Shown: one piece after another, positions 34,880-44,961 of the stretch | How the letters are laid out: every line of letters starts with the position of its first letter | How positions within the stretch are numbered: the first letter of the stretch is position 1 | From: Epithemia pelagica | Taxonomy: Eukaryota > Protista > Bacillariophyta | Assembly (NCBI GenBank): GCA_946965045.2 | Contig: OX337228.1 | Location: 4,712,001 to 4,776,000, forward strand | Direction: 5' to 3' | DNA length: 64,000 nt | The notes under the pieces: model-generated | Told to the model about the DNA's origin: nothing | The model's database searches: none | Seen by the model: only the letters and a program-made list of their open reading frames with translations | Translations under genes and position numbers: made by a program

Positions 34880-37761
34880 TCAATTGCGATTCGCATTGGC
34901 ATATGCGGATCGGTAGAACTCGTCCATGGCCTCTTTCTTGTTGTGTTTGCTAGGATCATCATGAAGAAATTTACATTTCTTGCCTTTCTTGCAGATTCCT
35001 TTGGTGAACAAGATGTTGCAAAAATGCTGCTTCTTCCCCCCATCTTTCGTCACGAAGGGGATGTTGGAAAGAACGCTTGGTGGGAACACACTCATGTAAT
35101 TGGATTCGGATGGAAGTCGCCAATTGGATGGGGAGTCAAAAGTGATGGGGGTCTTGGGTGGGTCAGAGTTCGACGAAGATGAATTTTGTTGACGCTTGGG
35201 ATTGGAAGGACCGTCATCAGAACCTGCCGAACGTTTCTTTTGGGAGTGCTTGAGTTGGTTGGCTTGGAATTTGGCTTGTAGTGCCGGAGGGAGGGAAACG
35301 AGAGTCGAACCGGTCTTGACATTGAATAAGATCCAATTCACGCGTTCTTCGAAATCGTTGAAGCCAATGTCTGCTAGTGATGAAGCACTCGATAGGGTCG
35401 CAACGAACTCTTGAACAGCTTCGTCGATGGCAAAAAGAAATTGCCCGAAATAAAAGTCGTTACCCGAGCTCTGTTGCTTGGCCATAATCTTTGTCCGAAA
35501 CTTGTGGTAAAAGTTCAAGGCCTTGAGAACTTGGTTCGCAATCATCGAAGACGAGCCACAAAGGCCTTTTGCGCATGCCCAGAAAGAACGCAACTGCTTT
35601 TCGAACTCATCCGCTGTTCTCGGGAAAAATAGGTTGTGGTCAGAGTACAATTGCTGCATGTCCTTGGATTGTTTCATATCGTTTAAGTGAAACAAGGAAG
35701 CGTCATGAATCTGTTGTCGGATATTCTTGTCCAGGGTGTTGTTCGAATCCAAGCCTGGAATGGCGTAGGGATCGAACGAGAAGGGACTGAAACCCCCTGG
35801 ACAAGCTTCGGACTTCCAACGTAAACCCAAGCGTTGAATGACGGTGCATTGTCCGAAAAGGATGGTGCATGCATTGTCTGAGGGGTCGAAGACTTCGGCG
35901 AGAAAAGACTCAAAGAATGTTGCGGAGTTTTTCGATTTCCAGACGATTTTGATGATCTGGGACAATTCATCTGGTAAAGAGATGGCAGATGAAGTAATCG
36001 ATCCAAGGCGCAAAGTCTTCTGGGCGTTCAGTGGCATGTCGCGAAACATGCTTTTTGATTCAGGGGCAGTGATGTCATCTTCGTTGCCGCTTTTCTTGGA
36101 TGTCATCTCCTTAATGCATTTCGAGAGTAAGAACATCTCGGGAGAGACAAAATGGACATTGCCATCGTCGTCAAGCATTCGGACGCCATTGCCTTGGGAA
36201 GAGAGCTGATCTGTCGATGGGGAGGTATCTTGAGGCGGCATCAAACAATCAACCGGAGATGTCGATTGAAAACGGACATTGGACGAGGAGCGACGCAAAG
36301 ATGGGCGCTTGGAGGATGACGGTGTCGTGCGGGCTTGAGGAGCAAGGTTGGGAAAGACTCGGGAGCGATGAATCGAAATCGTGCAATTCGCTTTCGAAGG
36401 GTCCTTGGGAATCGATGGGAAAACAATCTGCAACTTGGGGCTGTCTCGACGGTGAAGAACGATCCAAAGGATGCGAATGATCGGCTCTTGAATCATGAGG
36501 AGAGGGTAGTCAAGAGGCATACCTTTCTTCTTGACCTCTACGGTACTGTCCATGGAGGACGTCCACCAATGGTGGAGGGCAACCTTGTACAATCCACTGG
36601 CTAAGTCCTCAAACGAGACGTTGACATTGTGGGTCGAGGCATCGGTGTTGTGGAGCATCAATCCAGAGAAACAAGGTGGGATGAGGCATAAGCTCGAGCA
36701 GACAAAGTCACGATCGGTCTTCGAGGAGGAAGAGGAGCTGGAAGCAACACCAGAGAAGCTTTTGAACTTGGATGAATCGAAGGTCAGGTGAGGGAAAGAT
36801 GACGACGGGGAGAAGTCATCAATTTCAACGACGCAATGATCGAGGATCTCCGCAAAAGTGGGGACTTGAGAGAACACGTGATCGCTTAAGAGGAGGGGAA
36901 CATCATCGTTGTCAAGTTGGAACGGGATGGACTCGAACGGGATGCGATTGAGACCATAAAACGGGATCTGGGGATCAATAAAGGAACCACAATTCTCAGG
37001 GCAACAAAGGTTGTGAAAGAGAAAGGGGTTACCACCGCGAGACAAACCCAACAAAGCAAAAGGATGGTTCTTCGTCTTGGAGGTCAACCAAACATGGAGA
37101 TCGTCCGTGGAGGTGAGACGATTGAAGCTGGATCGAACTTCTGACCAAAGGGAAGGATCACGGGTCAAAGTGACGTGGAGGGGCTTGAAAAAGGAGTCAC
37201 ACCAATCAATCGGAGCAGATTTCTCGAGTTCTGAAAAGATGTATTCAAGAGACTTGTCGGAGAGCTTGTGGAAATCATGAGTGAAATAGAACTCATGACG
37301 ATAGGCGCCTGCACGAAGAAGAAAGGGTGGGTTTTTGTCGTCAGGGTCAGTACCAATCTCTCCTTCCGTGAGGAGAAGTTCATCATCGTTGCCAGTCGGA
37401 TCTTCTTTGGAAGCAATGAGAGAATCAAAGCGTTTCAAAGCAAGAGGAGGCGGAGCCTTGGGGTCTTGGTCTTGTCGCTAGAAGCAGAGATGGTCTTGGC
37501 TTCAGCGAAAAGTTTCTCTTGGGCTTCGGAATCGGACTCGACAGAGTAAATGTCATCATCTTCTTTAGGAGCATGAGCCTTGAGAGAGGACTTCTTGTTG
37601 GAGGCGGAAGGTTTCTGATCTCCTTCCGGATCGTCAGGTTGGGAGATGACGGCTGCCACGGGAGCAGACGAGAAAGGAGCAGGGGGATCAGATCCCTTGG
37701 CCGACGACGGTTTCTTCGGAAAGATATCGTCAAGGAACGGATTGGAACCAGAGAAAGTCAT
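34880..37761 (-). CDS. YR element ORF1 (gag-like, C-terminal CCCH finger), with a frameshift near 37460
   Basis: ATG at 37761 opens a ~108-codon frame that overlaps, in the -1 frame, an ~860-codon frame ending at 34880. C-x8-C-x5-C-x3-H (CNILFTKGICKKGKKCKFLH) lies at 34961-35020. Confidence 0.7.
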
Positions 37762-38743
37762 GATGAACAAGGTAAACTCAGAAGATTAGCTAACTAGAAT
37801 CGTTGCGATCTCGAACTCGTCTCGTAGTCGTTGCAAAGATGCTGAACCCAAGAAGAGTGAGCTCTTCTCACGCTCCAACGACTCTGCATCAGGGTCATCC
37901 TAAAACTTCCGATTGTGGGAATCAAATCGGATGCTCGCCTCGCGTCGAGGAGGCGGAGCAGTCGCACCTCTGTTGTCGGTCGCGGAGTCTGGCCAGCATC
38001 GGCCACGTCACTCCACCCAGTACAGACACATCCCGACCCACAATAGAATCAGTCTTATTTATAATGTAGGACCTCTATCAAAAATTCATCCATTTTAACT
38101 TAAGCCCATTCAGGGGGAAAACATCCCGATTAAATGTTTTCTGCATGACACGCTTTAATTCTCGAATTTCTACTTACGAGTAGTCAATCGTACAGGGGCT
38201 TAACAGAAGTTCCGAACTCCTTTCGGGCTTGTTTGTGGCCGGCGCAGTAGGTTGAAGATTTATGTGGGGTTAAAATTGGGTGGGAGTGTTGGTTGAAAAC
38301 TCAAAGTGACCCCAAGTCGGAAAAAGCCAGTTTTGTGTTTGTGTTAGGGAACCACGAGGAGATCACGAGGATCATCGACCGCCGTCTCTCTGGAAATAGG
38401 TACCCAGAGGTCTGCTTCAGTCTTTTCCTTGATTCAAGAGCCTTGTGTGGGAAGAATAGAAAGAGGAAGCGTGTCGGATCTCCACTTGGTGTGTGTGATT
38501 TTCCTGCGGGTTTTCTGGTTTGGACAAGGAAAGGCACCCAGGCGAGAGAGAGCTTTGCTGTGCGTAATCCAGAAAAAATACCATCCCGACAAGGCCTGCT
38601 GGTGTCCTCTTGGTCTTTTATCTTGTGCTTGGATCCCTCCTTTTGACGCCAGTGAAACCTATGTACAGAGTGTTGTTGTGGGAAGGAGGATTGCTTGTCA
38701 CTCCATTCATTTCCATCTATTGTTGTCTCCACAGACTTGACAC

Positions 38744-41700
38744 TTGACGTGGCAAACGACGATCACCATATCCCTTGCATCGATTCCTTTGTGGACGAAA
38801 CAGCAAACTATGTCCACAACGACATTTACAACAACTACCAAAGCTGCCTCCACCCTGGTAGTCACGTCTACTCTGTCCAGAGGATCCAGCGCAACGGGCA
38901 ACCTTGCCGATACGAACCACAGCAACAACAACAATCCCAGTGAACCATTGGACAAGGACTCATCGTCGTCGAGTGCGTTACAAAACTCCTCCATGGCCTT
39001 GCGCAGTCGGGCCATGGAGTTAACCAGTGTCTTGTCCGATGACAAGCATTATGGCACCTTTTTGTGTACTCTCTGCAACAAACTCTTGGCCTTGGATGCC
39101 GTGGTGACCAACCAATGTTCGCATGCCTTTTGTTGGTCCTGTTTCCAAGACCATGTGCAACGGCACGTGAAACAAGAGTCTCCGGAACAGCCCAATCATG
39201 ACGACGACAACAATGACGATAATGACAAGGTGGACGCACACAACAAGCCCCTATCCTCCTATCACATACCCTGTCCGCACTGTCAAGCGTCCGTGACTTC
39301 CTCTTCCAATAAACAAGAAGCTACGACATGCATGGAAGTACCAGTGTCCTTGCCAGCAAGTGCATCATCGAATGGATCGGAAGAAACAGACAAAAGCTTG
39401 GTCCAAAACTCACAGCAGCAAACTGTAATACGGTTGGACATTCAACGGTTGGAGGTGGCTCAACCCATGGCGTATCAAGCCATGACGTGGATTCAAGTAG
39501 CCTGCTGTCGCAAACCAAATGGCAACAGTGGTGACAAAAACAGTGGATCCTCCTGCCCTTGGTCGGGGAATTACGGCGATTATCCTCATCATTTGGCTCA
39601 GGAATGTACTTGTCCACCGGCCGCTTCGTCCATGGACGTGCCATCGTCCAAGGGAGTGGAAAAGGATCCAAAGGAACAACAAGAAACGACGGCAGCAGAA
39701 AAGGGTCGAAACGCACGACCATCCTTGCAACGGACCAAATCGATGCCATCCCTATGGCATTGGCCGTTTACTTCACATCCGTCCTTTTCCGCACCCGAAC
39801 ATCAACAACCCTGGCCTTTGGGTCCCGGGAATCCTCGTGGCGATCAATTACCACAGCGACCCAATCATTTTCCATCTCCCACTCCGGGTCGACGGTTTAG
39901 TGCTGGTCCCGGCCTCATGGCCACTGGAAGTTATGCATTGTTGTCTCCCAGCTCCAATTCGTCCGTTCTAAGTCGAAACAATGGCGTCACGACGACTGCG
40001 AGTACCAGTAATTGGTCTTCCTGCGACAGCATGGATTCCAATGGTCCACCCCTGTGTCTACGCAAATCATTGAGTTTGCGAAACATTTCTCGAGATTCTG
40101 CCAATGACTTTCCTCCTCCAGCACCCCATCGTACCAACAGTCCCTATGGAGCCGCGTCGCGTGTCATTACGACTCCCTCCTCCGGCGGTGCTGCCGGGGC
40201 CTTTCAAAATCATCGACGAGCCCATTCTGCCACTGCGGAGCTCTTGCCAAACATTCCACGATGGGAAGATACAAAACCGTCGTCATCCAACAAGGATAAG
40301 GATAAGGATAAGGACAAGACCAAAGACAAGGACAACAGCAAGGACAATTCATCTATCGCGGCTGGGACAAGCAATTCATTGTTGTCGGTTTCCATACCAG
40401 AAGACGGGGGACCCGCCGTGCGAACGGCTAACCATACAAGTAGCACGGCTGAGAACTCTGCGGCAGCTTTGAATCAGTCCAATAGCAATCGTGATCGTGA
40501 TGGACCCCCCAACTTTGCGCGACGCAGTAAATCGGTAACGGCCTCACCGGCAAGTACCTCCAAACCATCGCTTTCTTCGTCCTCCAATCACAAACAACCC
40601 TTGCAAACAAACAGTGGCAACCAGCAACCGTTGCCCCATCAACCGTCCATGAACACTGGGAAACCAGTTCCAGAAGACAAACGGTTACGTAAAAGCCGTC
40701 GAAAATCTAGCCAGACGCCAAGTAACAACTTGAACAGCACGTCTCACAAAGACAATACAAATGGTGAAGATGATGAATCGTCGGGAGATGGAGAAGGTGG
40801 TTTGGGTGAGAATTGGGCCAATACCTCAATCAATAGCTTGACGGCATGGGGAAACAATCATTCTTCCATGGCAAACCTACCAGTGACTCTTACATTGAAC
40901 GAAACGATTGAAGCTTCTCCAAGGCCTTCTGCGACAGCCCCCTCGGTGACCCCCACAACTCCTGGACGGAGCAGTCGAATGGGATCGGATATCGGAGTAG
41001 CGGCAGCAGCACCGCCCTCCCTATTGGTTTCTCCGGGTGCGACAACGGACCGGTCCAAAGTGCAATCCATCTTGGCCAAGGCAGAAAAGCTCAAGAAGCA
41101 AGCCAATGCCAAGTTTAACAAGGGAGATTTCAACGTGGCGCGGTCCTTGTATTCGGATGGTATTCGATGCATGGAAGGAGTACCGAATCGTTGCCCTAAG
41201 GAAGCCGAAATGTTGAGCAATATGCATTCCAACCGAGCTGTTACATATTTCCGAGAGAAGAACTTTAAGGCCTGCATTGAAGATTGTGATGTAGCTGTAC
41301 AATACGATCCATATTACGAGAAATCATGGATCCGTAAATGGCGTGCCCTCATGGCACTGGGGCAGTTTGACCGCGCCTTGGATTGTTTGGAAATGGGGTT
41401 GCATTCCCTTCCAGATTCTGCCAAAATCCGAAAAGAACTCAACAAGACACAAGCCGATATGGACACAGCAACACAGGCGAGGGAGCTGCTGTTCCAGAAG
41501 CGAGATTATGCTGCCGTGAAGGAGAAGTTAAGACCGCTCATAAAAAATGCCGCCATGGACAATATTGCGATTTTGCATTTAGCCTCACGTGCCGATGCGT
41601 ATTTGGGACTCATGGACAGTTCCATGGATAAGATCAATCGGGCACTTCGATACAACCCCCAACAAGCAGACGGTTTAGCAGTACGGGGTGCTATCATGTA

Positions 41701-43138
41701 CTTGGCGGGAGAAACCGACAAGGGATTGCATTTGCTTCAAGAAGCGTATGGAATAGACAAGGAAAACAAGAGCATCAAGACAGAATTACAGCAATGCCAT
41801 CGTACCCACACGTCCTTAACCAAGGGACGATCCTGCGTCAAGCGCGGTCGATACCTAGATGCCATTGAACATTTTACAGCGGCGATTCGAGAAAGAACTC
41901 TTGTTCCGGACAAAACGCCACTGTATGCAATGGTGCGATGCGAACGAGCCGAGGCGTGGATGTTGTCGAACAAATATCCGGAAGCGCTCAAGGATTGTGA
42001 AGATGTTCTTAGTGCGCAAAAAGAAAATGCCACGGCTTGGACTATACGCGCGGAAATCCTGGTTGCCATGGGCAAAGCCGAAGATGCTCAGAAGGAACTC
42101 CTGGCCATTCGGAAAGAGCCATGGGGAATGGACAATACGACAATTGAAGAAGGTTATCGCCGTGTTGACTTTGAGTTGCGAGTACAGAAAGCCGATGAGG
42201 AATTGTTGAAATTTGTGGCCACTCTGGAACAAGGGTTGGGCAATGTTCGACCCGCCGTGAATCGCGGAGAAAGCGTCGTGGATCTGAACAGCGGAAGCAA
42301 AAGTCGGCTTGACAAAGATGACAATCGTCAACAGCAACAAGAACAACGACGAGCAAGTCTGGGAAGTCGTGTCTCTGTAGGAAGCAATGGCTCGGGGGCC
42401 CCCATGTCGGCACAACGATCCTCCGAACGAGGCAATCGTGCCGAACCACAACAGCGTCGTGCAACGCGGCGTCGAAACCCACAAAAATCTTCTTCTACAA
42501 CCACTCATGGAAGTACAGAGTATACCGATTCTGTCTTGCTTTCTCCTCAACAACAGCAACAGCATCAAAGCTCCTCCAATCTCAATCACAACAACAACAA
42601 CAATAATAGTAGTGGTCGATCACCGCCCGTGTCTCCACAACGCCGTCCCAAGACTGGCGTCCGTCGTGCTGCATCAAGTCGGCGGTTGTTGTCCGCTTCG
42701 ACTTCATCGGGAGACGATGGACGTCCACAGTCGCAAGTTCGTCGCTCCTCTGTAGAACGACAAGGTTCGAGTCGTCGCTTGACACAGGCAAGTGGTGGTG
42801 GTGGTGGTGGTGGTGGCAGCAATCGGAACGGGGGTTTGGACGATCGAACGGGAGGAGGCGTTCATCGACAATCGTCCCGACGACACTTGTCGTCGTCTGC
42901 GTCCTCCGGAGCTCCACCCGAACAGGCACCGCCTCCATCACATGCCCATTCGCAACAACGTCGTATGAGTGCTGGTACCCAACAAAGCAATGAAGACTGG
43001 AATGGTGTGCGTCCTCAGCGTCCCTCCAACAAACAACGATCTATGGAACGCCGCATGAGTGCCGAACGTGGTTCTTCGAGCAACATGTCCGATACGACGA
43101 ATCAGTATCATGAACGATCCAATACCAAGCGAATGTAA
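38744..43138 (+). CDS. RING (+TRAF-like Zn module) and DNAJC7-like TPR protein; true start uncertain
   Basis: CTLC…CSHAFCWSC…CPHC RING, followed by VACC…CPWSGNYGDYPHHLAQEC. TPRs include AEKLKKQANAKFNKGDFNVARSLYSDGI and LHSNRA-like MHSNRAVTYF. Long disordered linker and tail. Confidence 0.8.
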   Translation: MTWQTTITISLASIPLWTKQQTMSTTTFTTTTKAASTLVVTSTLSRGSSATGNLADTNHSNNNNPSEPLDKDSSSSSALQNSSMALRSRAMELTSVLSDDKHYGTFLCTLCNKLLALDAVVTNQCSHAFCWSCFQDHVQRHVKQESPEQPNHDDDNNDDNDKVDAHNKPLSSYHIPCPHCQASVTSSSNKQEATTCMEVPVSLPASASSNGSEETDKSLVQNSQQQTVIRLDIQRLEVAQPMAYQAMTWIQVACCRKPNGNSGDKNSGSSCPWSGNYGDYPHHLAQECTCPPAASSMDVPSSKGVEKDPKEQQETTAAEKGRNARPSLQRTKSMPSLWHWPFTSHPSFSAPEHQQPWPLGPGNPRGDQLPQRPNHFPSPTPGRRFSAGPGLMATGSYALLSPSSNSSVLSRNNGVTTTASTSNWSSCDSMDSNGPPLCLRKSLSLRNISRDSANDFPPPAPHRTNSPYGAASRVITTPSSGGAAGAFQNHRRAHSATAELLPNIPRWEDTKPSSSNKDKDKDKDKTKDKDNSKDNSSIAAGTSNSLLSVSIPEDGGPAVRTANHTSSTAENSAAALNQSNSNRDRDGPPNFARRSKSVTASPASTSKPSLSSSSNHKQPLQTNSGNQQPLPHQPSMNTGKPVPEDKRLRKSRRKSSQTPSNNLNSTSHKDNTNGEDDESSGDGEGGLGENWANTSINSLTAWGNNHSSMANLPVTLTLNETIEASPRPSATAPSVTPTTPGRSSRMGSDIGVAAAAPPSLLVSPGATTDRSKVQSILAKAEKLKKQANAKFNKGDFNVARSLYSDGIRCMEGVPNRCPKEAEMLSNMHSNRAVTYFREKNFKACIEDCDVAVQYDPYYEKSWIRKWRALMALGQFDRALDCLEMGLHSLPDSAKIRKELNKTQADMDTATQARELLFQKRDYAAVKEKLRPLIKNAAMDNIAILHLASRADAYLGLMDSSMDKINRALRYNPQQADGLAVRGAIMYLAGETDKGLHLLQEAYGIDKENKSIKTELQQCHRTHTSLTKGRSCVKRGRYLDAIEHFTAAIRERTLVPDKTPLYAMVRCERAEAWMLSNKYPEALKDCEDVLSAQKENATAWTIRAEILVAMGKAEDAQKELLAIRKEPWGMDNTTIEEGYRRVDFELRVQKADEELLKFVATLEQGLGNVRPAVNRGESVVDLNSGSKSRLDKDDNRQQQQEQRRASLGSRVSVGSNGSGAPMSAQRSSERGNRAEPQQRRATRRRNPQKSSSTTTHGSTEYTDSVLLSPQQQQQHQSSSNLNHNNNNNNSSGRSPPVSPQRRPKTGVRRAASSRRLLSASTSSGDDGRPQSQVRRSSVERQGSSRRLTQASGGGGGGGGSNRNGGLDDRTGGGVHRQSSRRHLSSSASSGAPPEQAPPPSHAHSQQRRMSAGTQQSNEDWNGVRPQRPSNKQRSMERRMSAERGSSSNMSDTTNQYHERSNTKRM

Positions 43139-43581
43139 TATCCAATCCATGGATGAAACCATTCCAAAATAGAATGGTTTCGATGTCTCATCCTGGCTGT
43201 TTGTTTGGGACAGTACAAAAATACCTTTCTTGAATGACATGGGATAACGCTGGCCAACTTGAAGCATGGTCGGAACGATTGTCCCATCCCCAAAAGAAAA
43301 GGAGCAGAAACAAGAAAGAAAAAGACTAACTACTAAAGAATATAGATTATGCCAAATCAACAATGAATCAGCGTGGACCTTTTGTCAAAAGGTATCTTTG
43401 TCGAGTAAAGCGGAGGCTAGTCATGATTGTTTGTTTCGTTGGTTCTTTTCTTTCTCTAGGGAATTGAGAACAGTAGAACGTTAAGGATATCACTATATTC
43501 GTAGTTAGGTTATGACAATTCGCAATGGTTAGTATTTCCTTGTCGTTTTGCTCGTTTTCGTGTTGGTGTCTGTTTTTGTTT

Positions 43582-44961
43582 CTAGGGAATTTGATACACT
43601 TGTGCGACGGTATCACTCTTCATGAGGACGGGACCGACTTGATCGGGTTGCAAGGGATCGGACGATGCATTCAATACTTTTCGTCGACTGGCGGTATAGG
43701 AAATGCGACAGTTGTACAAGCGGGCATTATCTTGAGTCCGCATCATTTCCACATTGCCTTCCAATCGCGTCGATTCCCCGTGTAACAACGGAATGGCCGA
43801 TTTGAAATAAAAGGTTTGTTGTCCCCAATGCGTATATCCTTGATCCGGTGCCGTCGACAATTGGGCGGCATGCAGAATGGGAGGAGGTTTGGTCCCGTCG
43901 TCCTCCTCGGGCTTGGGTGGATCGCCTCCGGGCGGATCATTGTCAAAGTCCGCCACGAACCATCCCGCCAATCCACTGACGGGTCCCGCCAACCGGCTCC
44001 CATTCATGTCAAAGGAAAAGGTCGCTTGCGGATCACTGGCTTCAATGCCTCGAGCATCCTGCAAGGTACACGTGGCCAAATTGTAATCTTGAATACACTT
44101 GGGTTCGGCCAAGACGGCTTCGGGTGGCAATTCCGTCCATCGACTGCTGTACAAGTAATAATCTTGTTGTTCCTTGTCAAAGTCATTTTGCAACACGTCC
44201 ATTGTGACACCATAGACGGTTTGCGTGGTGGTACAAAATTCGTTCCAATCGGCCATGGCTCCCGCGTAATCCCGATGAGCCGCCTTGCGTTCGTCTTCAT
44301 CGACAATGGGCGCAATGTACATGCGGACATGACTGGGCATTAAAATTCCCGTCTTGGGTTTCAAGAACCGATCGCGTGCTCGCAATAAGGAATCCATCAT
44401 ACTTTCTCGCAACAAGAAATAACCCATCCATTCCGAAATGATAATGTCGACACAGCGTTGCGAGGATTCTCCCGTTTCGTCGTCGTCGTCAGGCACGACT
44501 TGCAACTCATCTTGTTCCATGGGCAATTCGACTGTTTCGACCACAGATTGAATGACCGTCACAATATGACTGACATTGTTGGCCTTCATGACTTGTTCGG
44601 CATGTTTGGCCATGTCGGTATACTCAATGGCGTACACTTTGCGGGCTCCCGCTTGGGCGGCCCAGACGGCCAAAATGCCCGATCCCGTGCCGACATCCAT
44701 CACCACCTTGTCTTGAAAGAGGTGCGCATTGCCCAAAATGGCCGAATGGTACGCGGCCATGCGATTGTGATCGGCCAACATTTGCTTTTGATGATACAAT
44801 TGCGCATAGGAACAAAAGTAATTGGCAAAATCCGTCGCCTGCGCTTGCGCATTCCCATCAAAGGAGGGAATTTCGCCCGTCGAAGAGGCATTGCGAAAGG
44901 ATGATGTGGGAGTAGACTCCACATGTTCGCCTGGAGGAGTAGTGTTGGCGTCGTCCGTCAT
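43582..44961 (-). CDS. Protein arginine N-methyltransferase (type I, PRMT10-like)
   Basis: DFANYFCSYAQLYHQKQML, VMDVGTGSGIL, the SEWMGYFLLRE double-E loop and the THW loop. ATG at 44961 is preferred over the upstream ORF extension to 45321. Confidence 0.92.
   Translation of the reverse strand: MTDDANTTPPGEHVESTPTSSFRNASSTGEIPSFDGNAQAQATDFANYFCSYAQLYHQKQMLADHNRMAAYHSAILGNAHLFQDKVVMDVGTGSGILAVWAAQAGARKVYAIEYTDMAKHAEQVMKANNVSHIVTVIQSVVETVELPMEQDELQVVPDDDDETGESSQRCVDIIISEWMGYFLLRESMMDSLLRARDRFLKPKTGILMPSHVRMYIAPIVDEDERKAAHRDYAGAMADWNEFCTTTQTVYGVTMDVLQNDFDKEQQDYYLYSSRWTELPPEAVLAEPKCIQDYNLATCTLQDARGIEASDPQATFSFDMNGSRLAGPVSGLAGWFVADFDNDPPGGDPPKPEEDDGTKPPPILHAAQLSTAPDQGYTHWGQQTFYFKSAIPLLHGESTRLEGNVEMMRTQDNARLYNCRISYTASRRKVLNASSDPLQPDQVGPVLMKSDTVAQVYQIP

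Larger units (their letters stand above)
29922..38029 (-). mobile_element. Tyrosine-recombinase retrotransposon with split direct repeats (Ngaro/PAT-like)
   Basis: Minus-strand order: A1 (38029-37782), ORF1, RT/RH, YR, B1 (30538-30365), A2 (30364-30117), a 21-nt spacer, B2 (30095-29922). The A copies look identical over 248 bp; the B copies have 2 mismatches in 174 bp. No TSD. Confidence 0.93.

Noticed and set aside
37782-38029. Treating the A1/A2 repeats as LTRs of a conventional LTR element
   Set aside because: No TG…CA ends, TSD or integrase. The extra B repeats and the YR identify a split-direct-repeat element.
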